The notes under the pieces were generated by a model. It saw only the letters and a program-made list of their open reading frames with translations. It was not told the DNA's origin and searched no databases. Both the position numbers and the translations under genes were made by a program. Shown piece after piece: positions 41,474 to 50,626 of a stretch of DNA of 59,878 nucleotides. Where the stretch lies: contig JAYPGZ010000005.1 of assembly GCA_038127095.1 (NCBI GenBank), positions 1 to 59,878 on the forward strand, in the 5' to 3' direction. This DNA comes from Candidatus Roizmanbacteria bacterium (GTDB taxonomy: Bacteria > Patescibacteriota > Microgenomatia > UBA1406 > HO2-37-13b). Each line of letters starts with the position of its first letter. The first letter of the stretch is position 1.

Positions 41474-44339
41474 TAATAACTTTCGCTACTATTATACTAA
41501 TTCCCAGTAATCCAATGGCGCCAAAACCTATGTATTCCAACAGTTGTGGCCAGAAAAATACGCGGATAGCCCCTTTTGTACCAGCTGGAACGACCCATCC
41601 GTTTGACCAATTATTTACCTTAACATGATGTTTCAGTTCTTGGCCGTTGATGTATGCTTTCCAACCACTATTGTACGCCTGGTTATATACGATTGTTTCC
41701 TGCTTGCCGACAGATAAGACCTGACTTTCAAAAGGTAAATTGTGGCTATTTGTAGGTTGCCCTTGTGTGCCTGCAGGAGCAAAATAGAGAGCTTTTAATT
41801 GTTCAAGCGGCATACGGTATACCTGCAAGCTAATAAGCGCATTTTCAGACGCAAGACCTTCGTACGAATCATTCTGGAAACCGAATACATATCCTCTACT
41901 GTATCGATTCCCTGTGGGCAGAATATAGTATGCAACGTCTTCACTCAGGCGATCTTCAATTATTGTGCTGCCTGTTGTTTCACTTTGTGCGTAGAAGAAT
42001 AAACGCTGGCCACGAATATTTTCATTTTTAATTCTCACGATGTATGCTTGATCATGGGTAATGTCGGGTAGGGAATAGGTAATACATACGGTGAACTTTT
42101 GACACTGAACAGGCGTTGCCTTAGTGGTATCGATAGAAACATAAGAATGTTTTTGAAAAGAAACGGTTAATGCGCGCTCTTGCATAGTTCCTTGCAGCAA
42201 TGAAGTATCGGCATTTGAAAATAATGAATAGTTTTCATCGGTAAACGGCAATTGTGTAGTGAGAGAAAATGTATTAGCATTTTCTGTAAGTTTCCACGTT
42301 GGCGGAGTGAGTTTTTTTTGGGAAAATACGTCGATAAATGGGAAATAATAGTCAAATCTCTCTTTTTCTAAAGGAAGCGGGCTTCGGTAATGACCAACTA
42401 TTGCGTATGCGGTATCGTCGTTAGTAATGACGCTTTGTGAACCAACTACCGGTATGCTTGTAAGCTGGGTTACAAATGGAACGGCGTTTTTGACTTTGTA
42501 AATTGAAATGGCGCCGAATGTTTTCTCATGTTGTATAAACTCATTGGTAGCCAAAAGCTCCTGCACTTTATTGGCTAAAAAAGCCTTTTGGTGGGTAGAC
42601 TGTGCTAGTACACTCTTATCAATAAGAACGTAATGAATATTGTATTTCTTAAGTACCGCTGCTACCTTTGAGGCTTCTCCTAAAGCTAAAGCATGCTTCA
42701 TTTCCCATAAATAGCTTTCAGAATGTGTGCTCCATACATCAAAAGTAGGCGAAACTATTGGCTGTTCAATACCATACCATAGAAATCCGGATCCAGCGTA
42801 TCCCCACGAATAGTGATACCATCCCCAAAATGAATCTTGGGGCAACAGGGCAATGCGATTGTCTTTAGGAACCGTGCGAAAATATTCAATAGTTTGGAAA
42901 TAGTCGGCAGGAATTTTCACGCGAACGTGTTGTGAGAATAAATTTCCGGTGAAAACAGGGAAGGAGACGATGGCTATTAGTATCAAAGAGATTATTGTTA
43001 AGAGTATGGATCCTACTGATTGTTGCGCTTTGTCATCCTGAGAGAGCAAAGCGACCGAAGGATCTCCGTGTGAGTATTTAACACCTAGATTCTTCACTAC
43101 GTTCAGAATGACGGCAAGTCCCTGCATAAAAAAGTAGCTTGAAACGAGTGCCCAAGGAACCGCAAATTTGGTAAAGGGAGCACGGAACATTTGAGCAATG
43201 AAGCTATTTCGGGAAATAAGCTCGTTCAACTGTGAAAATATAGGCGTATTTGAAAGTAATGCAACAGCACAGAGCAACCAGATTCCAACGAATGGAGCTC
43301 TGTACGTACTCTTACGTGTGATTCCGAGAAGAATTATGGCGAACACACTCCATGAAGCGATCTGGACGACTGGATTTTCCAGGTGCTTGTGCCACGGTTC
43401 AAAGAGCGGTTTTTGATCAGTTCCTTTTAAGTCATAATAAAACCCTTTAAACGTAGCAAATGATGACATGTTTCCACGAGCTTTATTTTGAAGTTGAACA
43501 TCTTGTGTGGCGAGCTGATTGATTTTGGCATTTTCCACTGTTTGCGATCCCCCTTGTGCTAAGAAATACACTTGTGGAAGTATCCAGAAAAGGTTGGCGA
43601 TGATGATGAGGAAAAATGCAACGATGAGTTTTTTGAGCCGATTCACGCGCGGTGCTTTTTCAGATCTGCTGAAAAGGTGCCATGCTCCAATCACTCCCAA
43701 AACCAACATGTACACGACAAACAGTGTTTGCACGTAAAAACTTGGTGTCGCAAGTACATTGATTAGAAAAAGGAGTACTATGTCATTTCGACCCAGAGCG
43801 TAGCGGCGGGGAGAAATCTCGGATACAGTGCGCAAAAATATCCAAATCAACCAGGGAAGGGAAGCGAAAAAGATTGAGAATGGCTCAAAGGGAAGGAAAA
43901 AAAGCTGAACGGTGGCGAAGTTTAAGATGTAGAAGAGGGATCCTATGAAGGGAAGTTGAGACCCTTCGCTCTGCTCAGGGTGACTCGATTTGCGCTCCTG
44001 ACCAAGCAACTTAAACATTCCCAATCCTCCAACAGCCAGCATTCCAATATGAACAACATGTCGAATAAGACTCTGTGGCATTATAAGCGATATCGCCCAT
44101 ACTCCTACCGCTCGTAGCAAATCGCTTGCGTGCGCCATGCCGCCCACAAGTCCAAAACTCTGATATTCTTGCCATACCGCAAACACTGCTCTTTTTACTG
44201 CTAAAGTCGGAGCAAGTTCTGTCTGTAAGTTATCCCAGCCGGTCAAATACGTTCCAAAACGGTAATTTACCAGTCCAATAATGGCTACTACAAGGATAAG
44301 AGTAATATGGTTGCCAAAACGCGAAAGTAACGACTTCAT
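41457..44339 (-). CDS. Large polytopic membrane protein (960 aa), possibly a GT-C-type glycosyltransferase (YfhO/AftD-like), carrying in-frame REP-like insertions
   Basis: More than 10 hydrophobic segments in the N-terminal half, a large soluble C-terminal domain and a terminal TM segment. The function call is weak. Confidence 0.55.
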   Translation of the reverse strand: MKSLLSRFGNHITLILVVAIIGLVNYRFGTYLTGWDNLQTELAPTLAVKRAVFAVWQEYQSFGLVGGMAHASDLLRAVGVWAISLIMPQSLIRHVVHIGMLAVGGLGMFKLLGQERKSSHPEQSEGSQLPFIGSLFYILNFATVQLFFLPFEPFSIFFASLPWLIWIFLRTVSEISPRRYALGRNDIVLLFLINVLATPSFYVQTLFVVYMLVLGVIGAWHLFSRSEKAPRVNRLKKLIVAFFLIIIANLFWILPQVYFLAQGGSQTVENAKINQLATQDVQLQNKARGNMSSFATFKGFYYDLKGTDQKPLFEPWHKHLENPVVQIASWSVFAIILLGITRKSTYRAPFVGIWLLCAVALLSNTPIFSQLNELISRNSFIAQMFRAPFTKFAVPWALVSSYFFMQGLAVILNVVKNLGVKYSHGDPSVALLSQDDKAQQSVGSILLTIISLILIAIVSFPVFTGNLFSQHVRVKIPADYFQTIEYFRTVPKDNRIALLPQDSFWGWYHYSWGYAGSGFLWYGIEQPIVSPTFDVWSTHSESYLWEMKHALALGEASKVAAVLKKYNIHYVLIDKSVLAQSTHQKAFLANKVQELLATNEFIQHEKTFGAISIYKVKNAVPFVTQLTSIPVVGSQSVITNDDTAYAIVGHYRSPLPLEKERFDYYFPFIDVFSQKKLTPPTWKLTENANTFSLTTQLPFTDENYSLFSNADTSLLQGTMQERALTVSFQKHSYVSIDTTKATPVQCQKFTVCITYSLPDITHDQAYIVRIKNENIRGQRLFFYAQSETTGSTIIEDRLSEDVAYYILPTGNRYSRGYVFGFQNDSYEGLASENALISLQVYRMPLEQLKALYFAPAGTQGQPTNSHNLPFESQVLSVGKQETIVYNQAYNSGWKAYINGQELKHHVKVNNWSNGWVVPAGTKGAIRVFFWPQLLEYIGFGAIGLLGISIIVAKVINHPEA
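43033..43067 (+). repeat. REP-like element inside CDS 41457..44339
   Basis: gtcatcctgagagagcaaagcgaccgaaggatctc, read in frame as HGDPSVALLSQDDK. Confidence 0.7.
43086..43112 (-). repeat. REP-like element inside CDS 41457..44339
   Basis: tagattcttcactacgttcagaatgac, read in frame as VILNVVKNL. Confidence 0.65.
43782..43820 (+). repeat. REP-like element inside CDS 41457..44339
   Basis: gtcatttcgacccagagcgtagcggcggggagaaatctc, read in frame as EISPRRYALGRNDI. Confidence 0.7.
43958..43984 (-). repeat. REP-like element inside CDS 41457..44339
   Basis: gagacccttcgctctgctcagggtgac, read in frame as HPEQSEGSQ. Confidence 0.65.
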
Positions 44340-44341
44340 GG

Positions 44342-45649
44342 TTATTTGCGCGCAAACAAAACTTTAAACAGGGGAATTAAGTCAGAAGGAGTACTTGACA
44401 TCAGGTGGAGGTATTTTTTTGCAACACTACTAATATGTCGTTCTTTTGCAAGCGATGCTGAAAATTCAACAAATTGGTCATATTTAGACTGAACTATATC
44501 GAGCTTTTTCATAAAATCTCGGTGGTCTAAATCAAACATTACATCGGTAAATTTAAGATCGCTTTTTTGCAAAGCCAAACGCATATCATCATTTTGGAAA
44601 TATGCATGTAAATGTGAAGAAAATAAAACGGGTTTTTGGTGGGATAATGCATGCGCAAGCGGGCCCGAAGATGACATGAGAACACGATATGGAAACACAA
44701 CCACATCGCTTGCAGCAAAATAACGATTGATGAGTTTTTCAGGTATAAAATCGGTATGCACAATATTGGCACTGTTTTCTGCACGTTGTATAGTTTGGGA
44801 ATAATATTTTTTGTAGTAAGCCTTATCTTTTAATGTGGCACTTGCTCCTCCGGCGAGTAATAGCTTTATATTGGTATTTTTTTGTCGATCAACTGTTTTT
44901 ACAATCCAGTCAGATCCTTTATACCAGTTCACAAAGCCAAAACTCATAATTACAAAGTCGCGTTTTGCAATATTAAGTGCCTTGCGTGCGTTATTTTTTG
45001 TAAGTGGTCTGCTAGAAACTACCGCCAAAGGAACAACATTAATTTTGGAAGCGGGAATAGAGGTACTTAATTCATGCAGTAACTGTGATTCAAATACCAA
45101 TATATTTTGACTCAAGAATCCAACTGCAGTATAAAAAGCATGAAGACCCATTGAAAGTATGCGTAGAAGTAGACTATTTTTAATATTTATATGATGAGAA
45201 ATACGTGAAACATCGTTTACTACCTGATGAAATTCAAAAGTAATCGACTTTCCCAGAAGACGTAAAAATGAAAGCAATACAGGAATTCCGATGACTGGGC
45301 TTAGTCCGCCGAACACGTTAAATTCAAATTGAAACAACATTTGGTGAACTTGATCAAAGCGAAGAGCAGCTTTGGCAATGTGAAATAATGCAGTTATTGA
45401 TCCTTTTTTCCACACACGAAGCACGATTATATTTTTCCCATCGCGGGTGACTGAAGAATCGATTGATGTATTTCCTGTTTTTTCGGCAAGCACCACAATG
45501 CGTTTGCCTTGTTTGGCAAGTTCGCGTAGCAAGCGTTTACTATGCCAGGCAACTGCGGTTCGATCGGCAATGTTGTTTCCACGTGAAGGATAGCTGGTGA
45601 CTACCAGCATAGAATCAGGGCGATTAAATTTGTTTAATAATGTTTTCAT
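44342..45649 (-). CDS. GT-B fold glycosyltransferase (family 1/4-like)
   Basis: FIPEKLINRYFAASDVVVFPYRVLMSSSGPLAHALSHQKPVLFS. ATG 45649 (MKTLLNKF) was chosen because the track's 60-aa extension reads through a REP-like element (LRFLAYARNDG). Confidence 0.7.
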   Translation of the reverse strand: MKTLLNKFNRPDSMLVVTSYPSRGNNIADRTAVAWHSKRLLRELAKQGKRIVVLAEKTGNTSIDSSVTRDGKNIIVLRVWKKGSITALFHIAKAALRFDQVHQMLFQFEFNVFGGLSPVIGIPVLLSFLRLLGKSITFEFHQVVNDVSRISHHINIKNSLLLRILSMGLHAFYTAVGFLSQNILVFESQLLHELSTSIPASKINVVPLAVVSSRPLTKNNARKALNIAKRDFVIMSFGFVNWYKGSDWIVKTVDRQKNTNIKLLLAGGASATLKDKAYYKKYYSQTIQRAENSANIVHTDFIPEKLINRYFAASDVVVFPYRVLMSSSGPLAHALSHQKPVLFSSHLHAYFQNDDMRLALQKSDLKFTDVMFDLDHRDFMKKLDIVQSKYDQFVEFSASLAKERHISSVAKKYLHLMSSTPSDLIPLFKVLFARK

Positions 45650-45658
45650 ATATTCACC

Positions 45659-45686
45659 GTCATTCCGAGCATAAGCGAGGAATCTC
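45659..45686 (+). repeat. REP-like element
   Basis: gtcattccgagcataagcgaggaatctc. Confidence 0.7.
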
Positions 45687-45845
45687 AGTGACGTGCCTTT
45701 AAATACAATCTTGCGATTATCGTTAAAGGTACGACCCGAAGAGGAAACAAAATGACTGTGCAAGCACAGATCAAGCTGCTCCTCTTCGGGCCAATTGGGT
45801 TTTTGGGTTACTAACTCCTTTCTTCTCACTTAGTGAGAATCATGG

Positions 45846-47930
45846 TCAGTTGAGACCGGGGCAGGCAGGGTAGTTTGCCTTTTCGCCATCGGTGATGACG
45901 AGATGATCTCCATGACCATCATATCCATACAGCCAACACGGGTTGTTTCTGTCGCCTGCATCCCAGTCGAAAGTGCCATTCCTGGCCTCATCGACTTTGC
46001 AGGTCTTGCAGACAACCAGCTGGTCGCTGTTAAAGGATCCGTCCTGCCAGGTCGGCTGGGCGGGTGGTGGCGGTGGTGCTTCCACAACGGGGTCGCCGTT
46101 AGGCACGACCTCGTATTGGGGCTCCGGAGTGGGCGGTACTGCGGTGGCAACTACGATCAGTTGCCTCGGGGTGGCCTTCGGAACAAACCGACGGTTAATC
46201 GTTCCCTTGGGAACGAAGCGACGGTTGATCTGGCCGCTGCTGAGCGGGACTGGAAGTCCTCCGCAACTGGTCGGCCTTGGGAAACCCAAAGCGTCCATAA
46301 CCCAACCGGGCATGCCACGCGTTCTAAACCATCCTTCGCAGAACAGTCGGTTAGCCTCGCTTACGCGATTCTCGTTCCAGACTGTTAAGCCGAATGTACC
46401 ACCGATACGGGTGAGGAAGCCCCACAGATCGCCTCCGAGTGAGACAAACTGATGCGGGTCTCCAATGAAACCTTCTACCAGACAGTTTCCCATATGGAAT
46501 GGGTTTGCCGGCAAAAAGCCTTCCTTGTAGTGCCAGGCGTGAGTATGATCAAGCTGCATGACCTTTTCCCATCGGGAAGCAGAACCACCAAAGGTGATTT
46601 CGGCGTCGCGCTGAGTTTGGGGCCAATTTGCCAAACATACCGTAGGCACGTTTGTCGGTTCCGGCGTTTCCGTCGGAATGAGTGTCGGTTCGTCGGTCGG
46701 GACGCTGGTGGGCGTCTTGGTCGGCGTACGACTTGGACGAGGTGTCCAGGTCGGTTCCGGCGTTGGCGTACAAGTCGGTTCCGGCGTCGGTGATGGACAC
46801 TCAATGATCCTGCACCAGATCGGCGGTTTTGTCGTAGCCGTCGGACTCGGAGTCGGCGTGCACAAGCCTGGGAATGCCTCGCACGGGTCGCCAATTGGCG
46901 GTTTCGGTGTAGTCGTCGGTGTTTCCGGACACTCGCCATTCGGTCCCGGGTAGGGACAGCTTGGCTTGTCCGTTGCCTTCGGCGTGTTCGTCGGTGGATT
47001 CACAGGCGTGTTCGTCGGCGTCAAGGTTGACGTCGAGGTCGTGGTGGCCGAAGCTGTGGCTGTCGTCGGGCTGCTAGTGACCGTCGGGCTAGGCGTAACT
47101 GTCGGGCTTGGCGTCCACGTAGGCGTGTTGGTCGGTGTAGCCGTAGGCGCGGTTGGGCTTGGCCCAGTCGTGCTTGTGGCTGTCGTTGTCGGCGTCCGGG
47201 TGGGCGTCGAGGTCGTGGTGGCCGAAGCCGTGGCTGTCTGCGTGTTCGTTGGTTGCGTCGTCGCAGTCGGCGGATTTGTGGCCGTCCTCGTCGTGGTCGC
47301 GTTGGGCGTGACCGTTGCCGGGGGGCATTCAACCCAAAGTACTTGGTAGACCTTAGTCCCGTCCGAGCAATACGCCAAGTGACCTACCAGCCAACACTCA
47401 GTCTCTGGCGGAGGCGCCTGGACACCGTACTGTGTGCAATGTGCCACACAGTTCGTGCCATTCACCTTAACCGTAAAGGTTGCTGGGTTGGTCCTCGTGA
47501 CCTGGTTGTCGTCATTCGTTTGTCGAACAACTTCAACCTGCTTCGCGCCAGGCAACCTTCCGCCCGAAAGCTCGATGAGCTTTTGGAGCGAATTCGCCAA
47601 GGCGGTCTGGGTGATGGCACTTGCTGCCATGAACTCACCCATCTGACGATCGAACTCTTGAAGCTTTTGGAGCTCCTCGTTCGTTTCGACTTGGGCCTCC
47701 GTCAGCGGGGCGACCATATCGCTGAATTCCTTGCGGATTTCAGTAAGGTCGTTAGGTGAGACCAGCTCGGTCTCGGGGTTAGGTGCGCTTGTCGGCGTTG
47801 CCGTGGGTGCCTCTGCAGCAAGCGTTAGCCCAGGCTGGGACATGTACGCGTTGATGCGGTCAAGCGTGTTACAGCTGGTGGTGCTGAGTGCCACGAGGCA
47901 CAACAGCATCGACAGGATTCGGCTTTTCAT
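45846..47930 (-). CDS. High-GC island 1: putative lipoprotein (694 aa) with very long Thr/Pro linkers and Cys-rich segments
   Basis: ATG 47930 preceded by AGGAG. MKSRILSMLLCLVALSTTSC is lipobox-like. Long TPTxTP tracts and the tandem GQINRRFVPKGTINRRFVPKAT. The track start 48065 reads the upstream gene's poly-Thr tail in another frame. Confidence 0.65.
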   Translation of the reverse strand: MKSRILSMLLCLVALSTTSCNTLDRINAYMSQPGLTLAAEAPTATPTSAPNPETELVSPNDLTEIRKEFSDMVAPLTEAQVETNEELQKLQEFDRQMGEFMAASAITQTALANSLQKLIELSGGRLPGAKQVEVVRQTNDDNQVTRTNPATFTVKVNGTNCVAHCTQYGVQAPPPETECWLVGHLAYCSDGTKVYQVLWVECPPATVTPNATTTRTATNPPTATTQPTNTQTATASATTTSTPTRTPTTTATSTTGPSPTAPTATPTNTPTWTPSPTVTPSPTVTSSPTTATASATTTSTSTLTPTNTPVNPPTNTPKATDKPSCPYPGPNGECPETPTTTPKPPIGDPCEAFPGLCTPTPSPTATTKPPIWCRIIECPSPTPEPTCTPTPEPTWTPRPSRTPTKTPTSVPTDEPTLIPTETPEPTNVPTVCLANWPQTQRDAEITFGGSASRWEKVMQLDHTHAWHYKEGFLPANPFHMGNCLVEGFIGDPHQFVSLGGDLWGFLTRIGGTFGLTVWNENRVSEANRLFCEGWFRTRGMPGWVMDALGFPRPTSCGGLPVPLSSGQINRRFVPKGTINRRFVPKATPRQLIVVATAVPPTPEPQYEVVPNGDPVVEAPPPPPAQPTWQDGSFNSDQLVVCKTCKVDEARNGTFDWDAGDRNNPCWLYGYDGHGDHLVITDGEKANYPACPGLN

Positions 47931-47952
47931 GATCGGCACTCCTAGTAACTCG

Positions 47953-48294
47953 TCAGGGCGTGGTTGTCGTGGTCGTCGTGGTCGGTGCGGTCGGCGTGGT
48001 TGTCGTGGTCGGTGCGGTCGGCGAGGTCGGAACCGGGGTCGGCGTTGCCGATGGTTCGAACCCATCGATGATCTTGTCGACGATCATTTTGATCACCTTG
48101 TAGGCAACCAAACTGACCAGGATGAAGACGACCTCGATGACGGCCCAGGCGAGCAGCATAGCCCACCAGTAGTCCTGCAGGCCGAACATCTTGACGGAGA
48201 CGATCACTCCGACAGTTCCGAGGATCACTCCGCCGAACACAGCGGGGATCAAGATCGCCAGCATGAACACGTGTGCGATGGTCTTCTTGGACAT
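47953..48294 (-). CDS. High-GC island 1: small polytopic membrane protein with a poly-Thr/Pro tail
   Basis: AGGAGG lies 6 nt before the ATG at 48294. Two to three TM segments, with a tail ending TTTTTPTAPTTTTTTTTP. Confidence 0.6.
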   Translation of the reverse strand: MSKKTIAHVFMLAILIPAVFGGVILGTVGVIVSVKMFGLQDYWWAMLLAWAVIEVVFILVSLVAYKVIKMIVDKIIDGFEPSATPTPVPTSPTAPTTTTTPTAPTTTTTTTTP

Positions 48295-48323
48295 GATCTG
48301 CCTCCTAGGGCATGGTGCGCTTT

Positions 48324-48572
48324 TCAGCGCTGCGGGGTTGCCTGAGCTTCAGCCGTCATGAATACCCATGTCGCCGTTTGAATAGGCGTCGGGGTCATGG
48401 TTGGCGTCGGGGTTGAGGTGGCCGTTGCCGTCGGCGTGGTTGAGTTGATCAGACTTATCCAATATTTGCCGAAGAAGATGAATGCGGCGATGAAGACTAC
48501 CGCGAGCAGGAAGTCGAGTGTCCTGTGGATCCTTTCCAGCTGTCGAAAGACCTCGTCGAGTTCGCTTGACAT
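48324..48572 (-). CDS. High-GC island 1: single-pass membrane protein with a Thr/Pro tail
   Basis: AAGGAGG lies 5 nt before the ATG at 48572. MSSELDEVFRQLERIHRTLDFLLAVVFIAAFIFFGKYW..TTPTATATSTPTPT. Confidence 0.55.
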   Translation of the reverse strand: MSSELDEVFRQLERIHRTLDFLLAVVFIAAFIFFGKYWISLINSTTPTATATSTPTPTMTPTPIQTATWVFMTAEAQATPQR

Positions 48573-48615
48573 CTTTGCCTCCTTAAGGCAACTAGCGCCA
48601 AGGGCGCGCGGAAGT

Positions 48616-48816
48616 TTACTTGAGAACGAAGCCAAAGGCGTCCATGAATGCCCATACGGCTATCATGGTGCCAATTAACCCGCACGTGAAGGAGCACGCA
48701 AAAAAAGCGAGCATGCGCCGTGGTGTCCGTGGCTCTGGGGCAAGCACCCATGTGCCGAGCGCCGTGAACCACAATAGGAATGTAATTCCATTGACCCACT
48801 GAAGCTGTAATTCCAC
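48616..48816 (-). CDS. High-GC island 1: 66-aa two-TM membrane protein
   Basis: GGAGG lies 4 nt before the GTG at 48816. VELQLQWVNGITFLLWFTALGTWVLAP...CGLIGTMIAVWAFMDAFGFVLK. The longer track ORF (start 49050) is less likely. Confidence 0.45.
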   Translation of the reverse strand: MELQLQWVNGITFLLWFTALGTWVLAPEPRTPRRMLAFFACSFTCGLIGTMIAVWAFMDAFGFVLK

Positions 48817-49121
48817 TCTACCTCCTACAGTTCCTTTTGTACAGCAAGCGCTGACTGGTTCGGTGGTCAACAAAACTGCCTGCAGTATGGACATTGTCAA
48901 GACGACAATTCCGGTGCAGCAGTGATAACTGGCATCAATTAAGTGCCAGGTTGTTTTCCTGCAGAGACTGAAAAGTCTCTGTCCGGCTGTCCGCCATTTT
49001 CCTCCTTTCTGCCTTTTTGAAAATGGGGAACCAGAGAATTCAAGATTCATTATTCATAAATCCTCAGATTCCCCATTTTCACTCTTAATATAGTTAATTT
49101 AGTAACCTTTTCCATAACGCC

Positions 49122-49155
49122 GAGATCCTTCGCCCCAAAAGGGACTCAGGATGAC
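49122..49155 (-). repeat. REP-like element
   Basis: gagatccttcgccccaaaagggactcaggatgac. Confidence 0.7.
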
Positions 49156-49401
49156 AACTGTTATGGAAGTAAACCCAATTGTAAAAGTGCTTATTTGGAA
49201 ACTATGAGTAGAAAATAAATCTCTACCATCTTTCCCAAAAAATCCAACATTTTACCTTACGTCAGCCGGATGCAAAACCCGGCCTTTTGGGGTAGAAAAT
49301 GTAACCTATAGTTTATCAAATTTTAGGCCTAATGTCAAATTTCACCCTGCGGGTTCAAATGCTACTTTTCATTCAAAATTTCTGTGCTACAATACCCCTA
49401 T

Positions 49402-50601
49402 ATGTTTACACCAAATCAAAAAATGCTTTCAAATTACGCGCATGTGTTAACTGACTTTGCCTTGGGCAGTGGGGAGGGAATTAAGAAAGGTGAAGTTATT
49501 TTTGTGCAATTTGATTCTCCAGCTTTGCCACTCGCACAGGAAGTGTATCGGGCAATTCTTCAAAAAGGCGCACACCCCATGGTCAAAATGAACGAAGATA
49601 GCTTTAGTAAGATTTTTTACGATGAAGCCAGCGATGATCAATTGGAATTTTTCCCCAAAAAATATCAAAAATCGCTTATAGAAACCATGGATCACCGCAT
49701 GTATTTAATGGCTGATCGTGATCCGCTATACCTAAAAGACGTTGACCCCGCAAAAATGATGAAGGCTAACAAGAGTCGAAAAACGCTTAAAAAGTGGCTT
49801 GATCAAAAAGAAGATGCCGGCAAACTAACCTGGACGCTGTGTTTATACGGTACGCCAGGCATGGCAAAGCAGGCTGGGCTATCATTGCAGGAATATTGGG
49901 AACAGATTGCAGCCGCATGCTTTTTAGAAGAAAAGAATCCCATAGCAAAGTGGCAATCGGTGTTCAAACAAGTTGAACAAACTATGCAGAAATTGAACTC
50001 ACTGCCAATAGATAAGCTTCATGTAGTTGCTAACAAAACCGACTTATGGATTAGTATGGGTGAAAAACGTAAATTCATAGGGGGTTCTGGTAGAAACATC
50101 CCAAGTTTTGAAATTTTTACGTCGCCCGACTGGCGAGGCACAAATGGGCATGTATATTTCGATTTCCCATTGTATCGATATGGGAATATTATTAAAGATA
50201 TTCACCTTGAATTCCGCAATGGCCGGGTTGTCTCTGCACGGGCTGGAAAGAACGAAAACCTTATAAAAGAGCTTATTAAGCAGAAAAATGCCGATAAAAT
50301 GGGTGAATATTCGCTTACCGACCGCAGATTTAGCAAAATTTCCAAATTTATGGCTAATACGCTGTTTGATGAAAATTATGGTGGCGAGTTTGGAAATACC
50401 CATTTGGCTTTGGGATCATCATATCATGATACCTACACCGGTAATGCAAAAAAGCTCAAAGACGCCGATTGGGCAAAACTGGGGTATAACTCAAGCGCAG
50501 AACACACCGATATTATTGCAAAACAAGATCGAATGGTAACTGCCGTCATGCGTGATGGAAGTGAAAAGGTAATCTATAAGGGCGGAGAGTTTAAGGTTTG
50601 A
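49402..50601 (+). CDS. Aminopeptidase, M29 (AmpS/PepS) family
   Basis: About 400 aa. FTSPDW, GEFGNTHLALGSSY and SAEHTDII. ATG 49402 lies 8 nt after a TACAAT box (49388-49393). The track's GTG start 49384 would sit inside the promoter. Confidence 0.75.
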   Translation: MFTPNQKMLSNYAHVLTDFALGSGEGIKKGEVIFVQFDSPALPLAQEVYRAILQKGAHPMVKMNEDSFSKIFYDEASDDQLEFFPKKYQKSLIETMDHRMYLMADRDPLYLKDVDPAKMMKANKSRKTLKKWLDQKEDAGKLTWTLCLYGTPGMAKQAGLSLQEYWEQIAAACFLEEKNPIAKWQSVFKQVEQTMQKLNSLPIDKLHVVANKTDLWISMGEKRKFIGGSGRNIPSFEIFTSPDWRGTNGHVYFDFPLYRYGNIIKDIHLEFRNGRVVSARAGKNENLIKELIKQKNADKMGEYSLTDRRFSKISKFMANTLFDENYGGEFGNTHLALGSSYHDTYTGNAKKLKDADWAKLGYNSSAEHTDIIAKQDRMVTAVMRDGSEKVIYKGGEFKV

Positions 50602-50626
50602 GATCCTTCGCTACGCTCAGGATGAC
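50600..50626 (-). repeat. REP-like element shared by two convergent gene ends
   Basis: gagatccttcgctacgctcaggatgac. It contains part of the M29 stop codon (50599-50601) and the last codons plus stop of the ATPase gene (..KSS*). Confidence 0.7.

Noticed and set aside
45903-48345. Many long ORFs in other frames and on the plus strand of high-GC island 1 (for example 45903..46388, 45943..46452, 46475..46939, 46966..47349, 47253..47759, 47731..48345), and the Arg/Pro-rich N-terminal extension of track ORF 45846..48065.
   Set aside because: High GC suppresses stop codons. The translations are Arg/Gly/Val- or Arg/Pro-rich junk that mirrors the Thr/Pro-coding frame. Only the minus-strand set has SD sequences at sensible spacing and a coherent TM or lipoprotein organisation.
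48935-48997. 20-aa ORF (MADSRTETFQSLQENNLALN) with a strong AAGGAGG, on the minus strand at the edge of island 1, enclosing the CAGAGACT-gaaa-AGTCTCTG hairpin. Considered as a leader peptide or attenuator.
   Set aside because: It is too short to support from sequence alone, it has no amino-acid bias that would suggest attenuation, and it could be a chance ORF.
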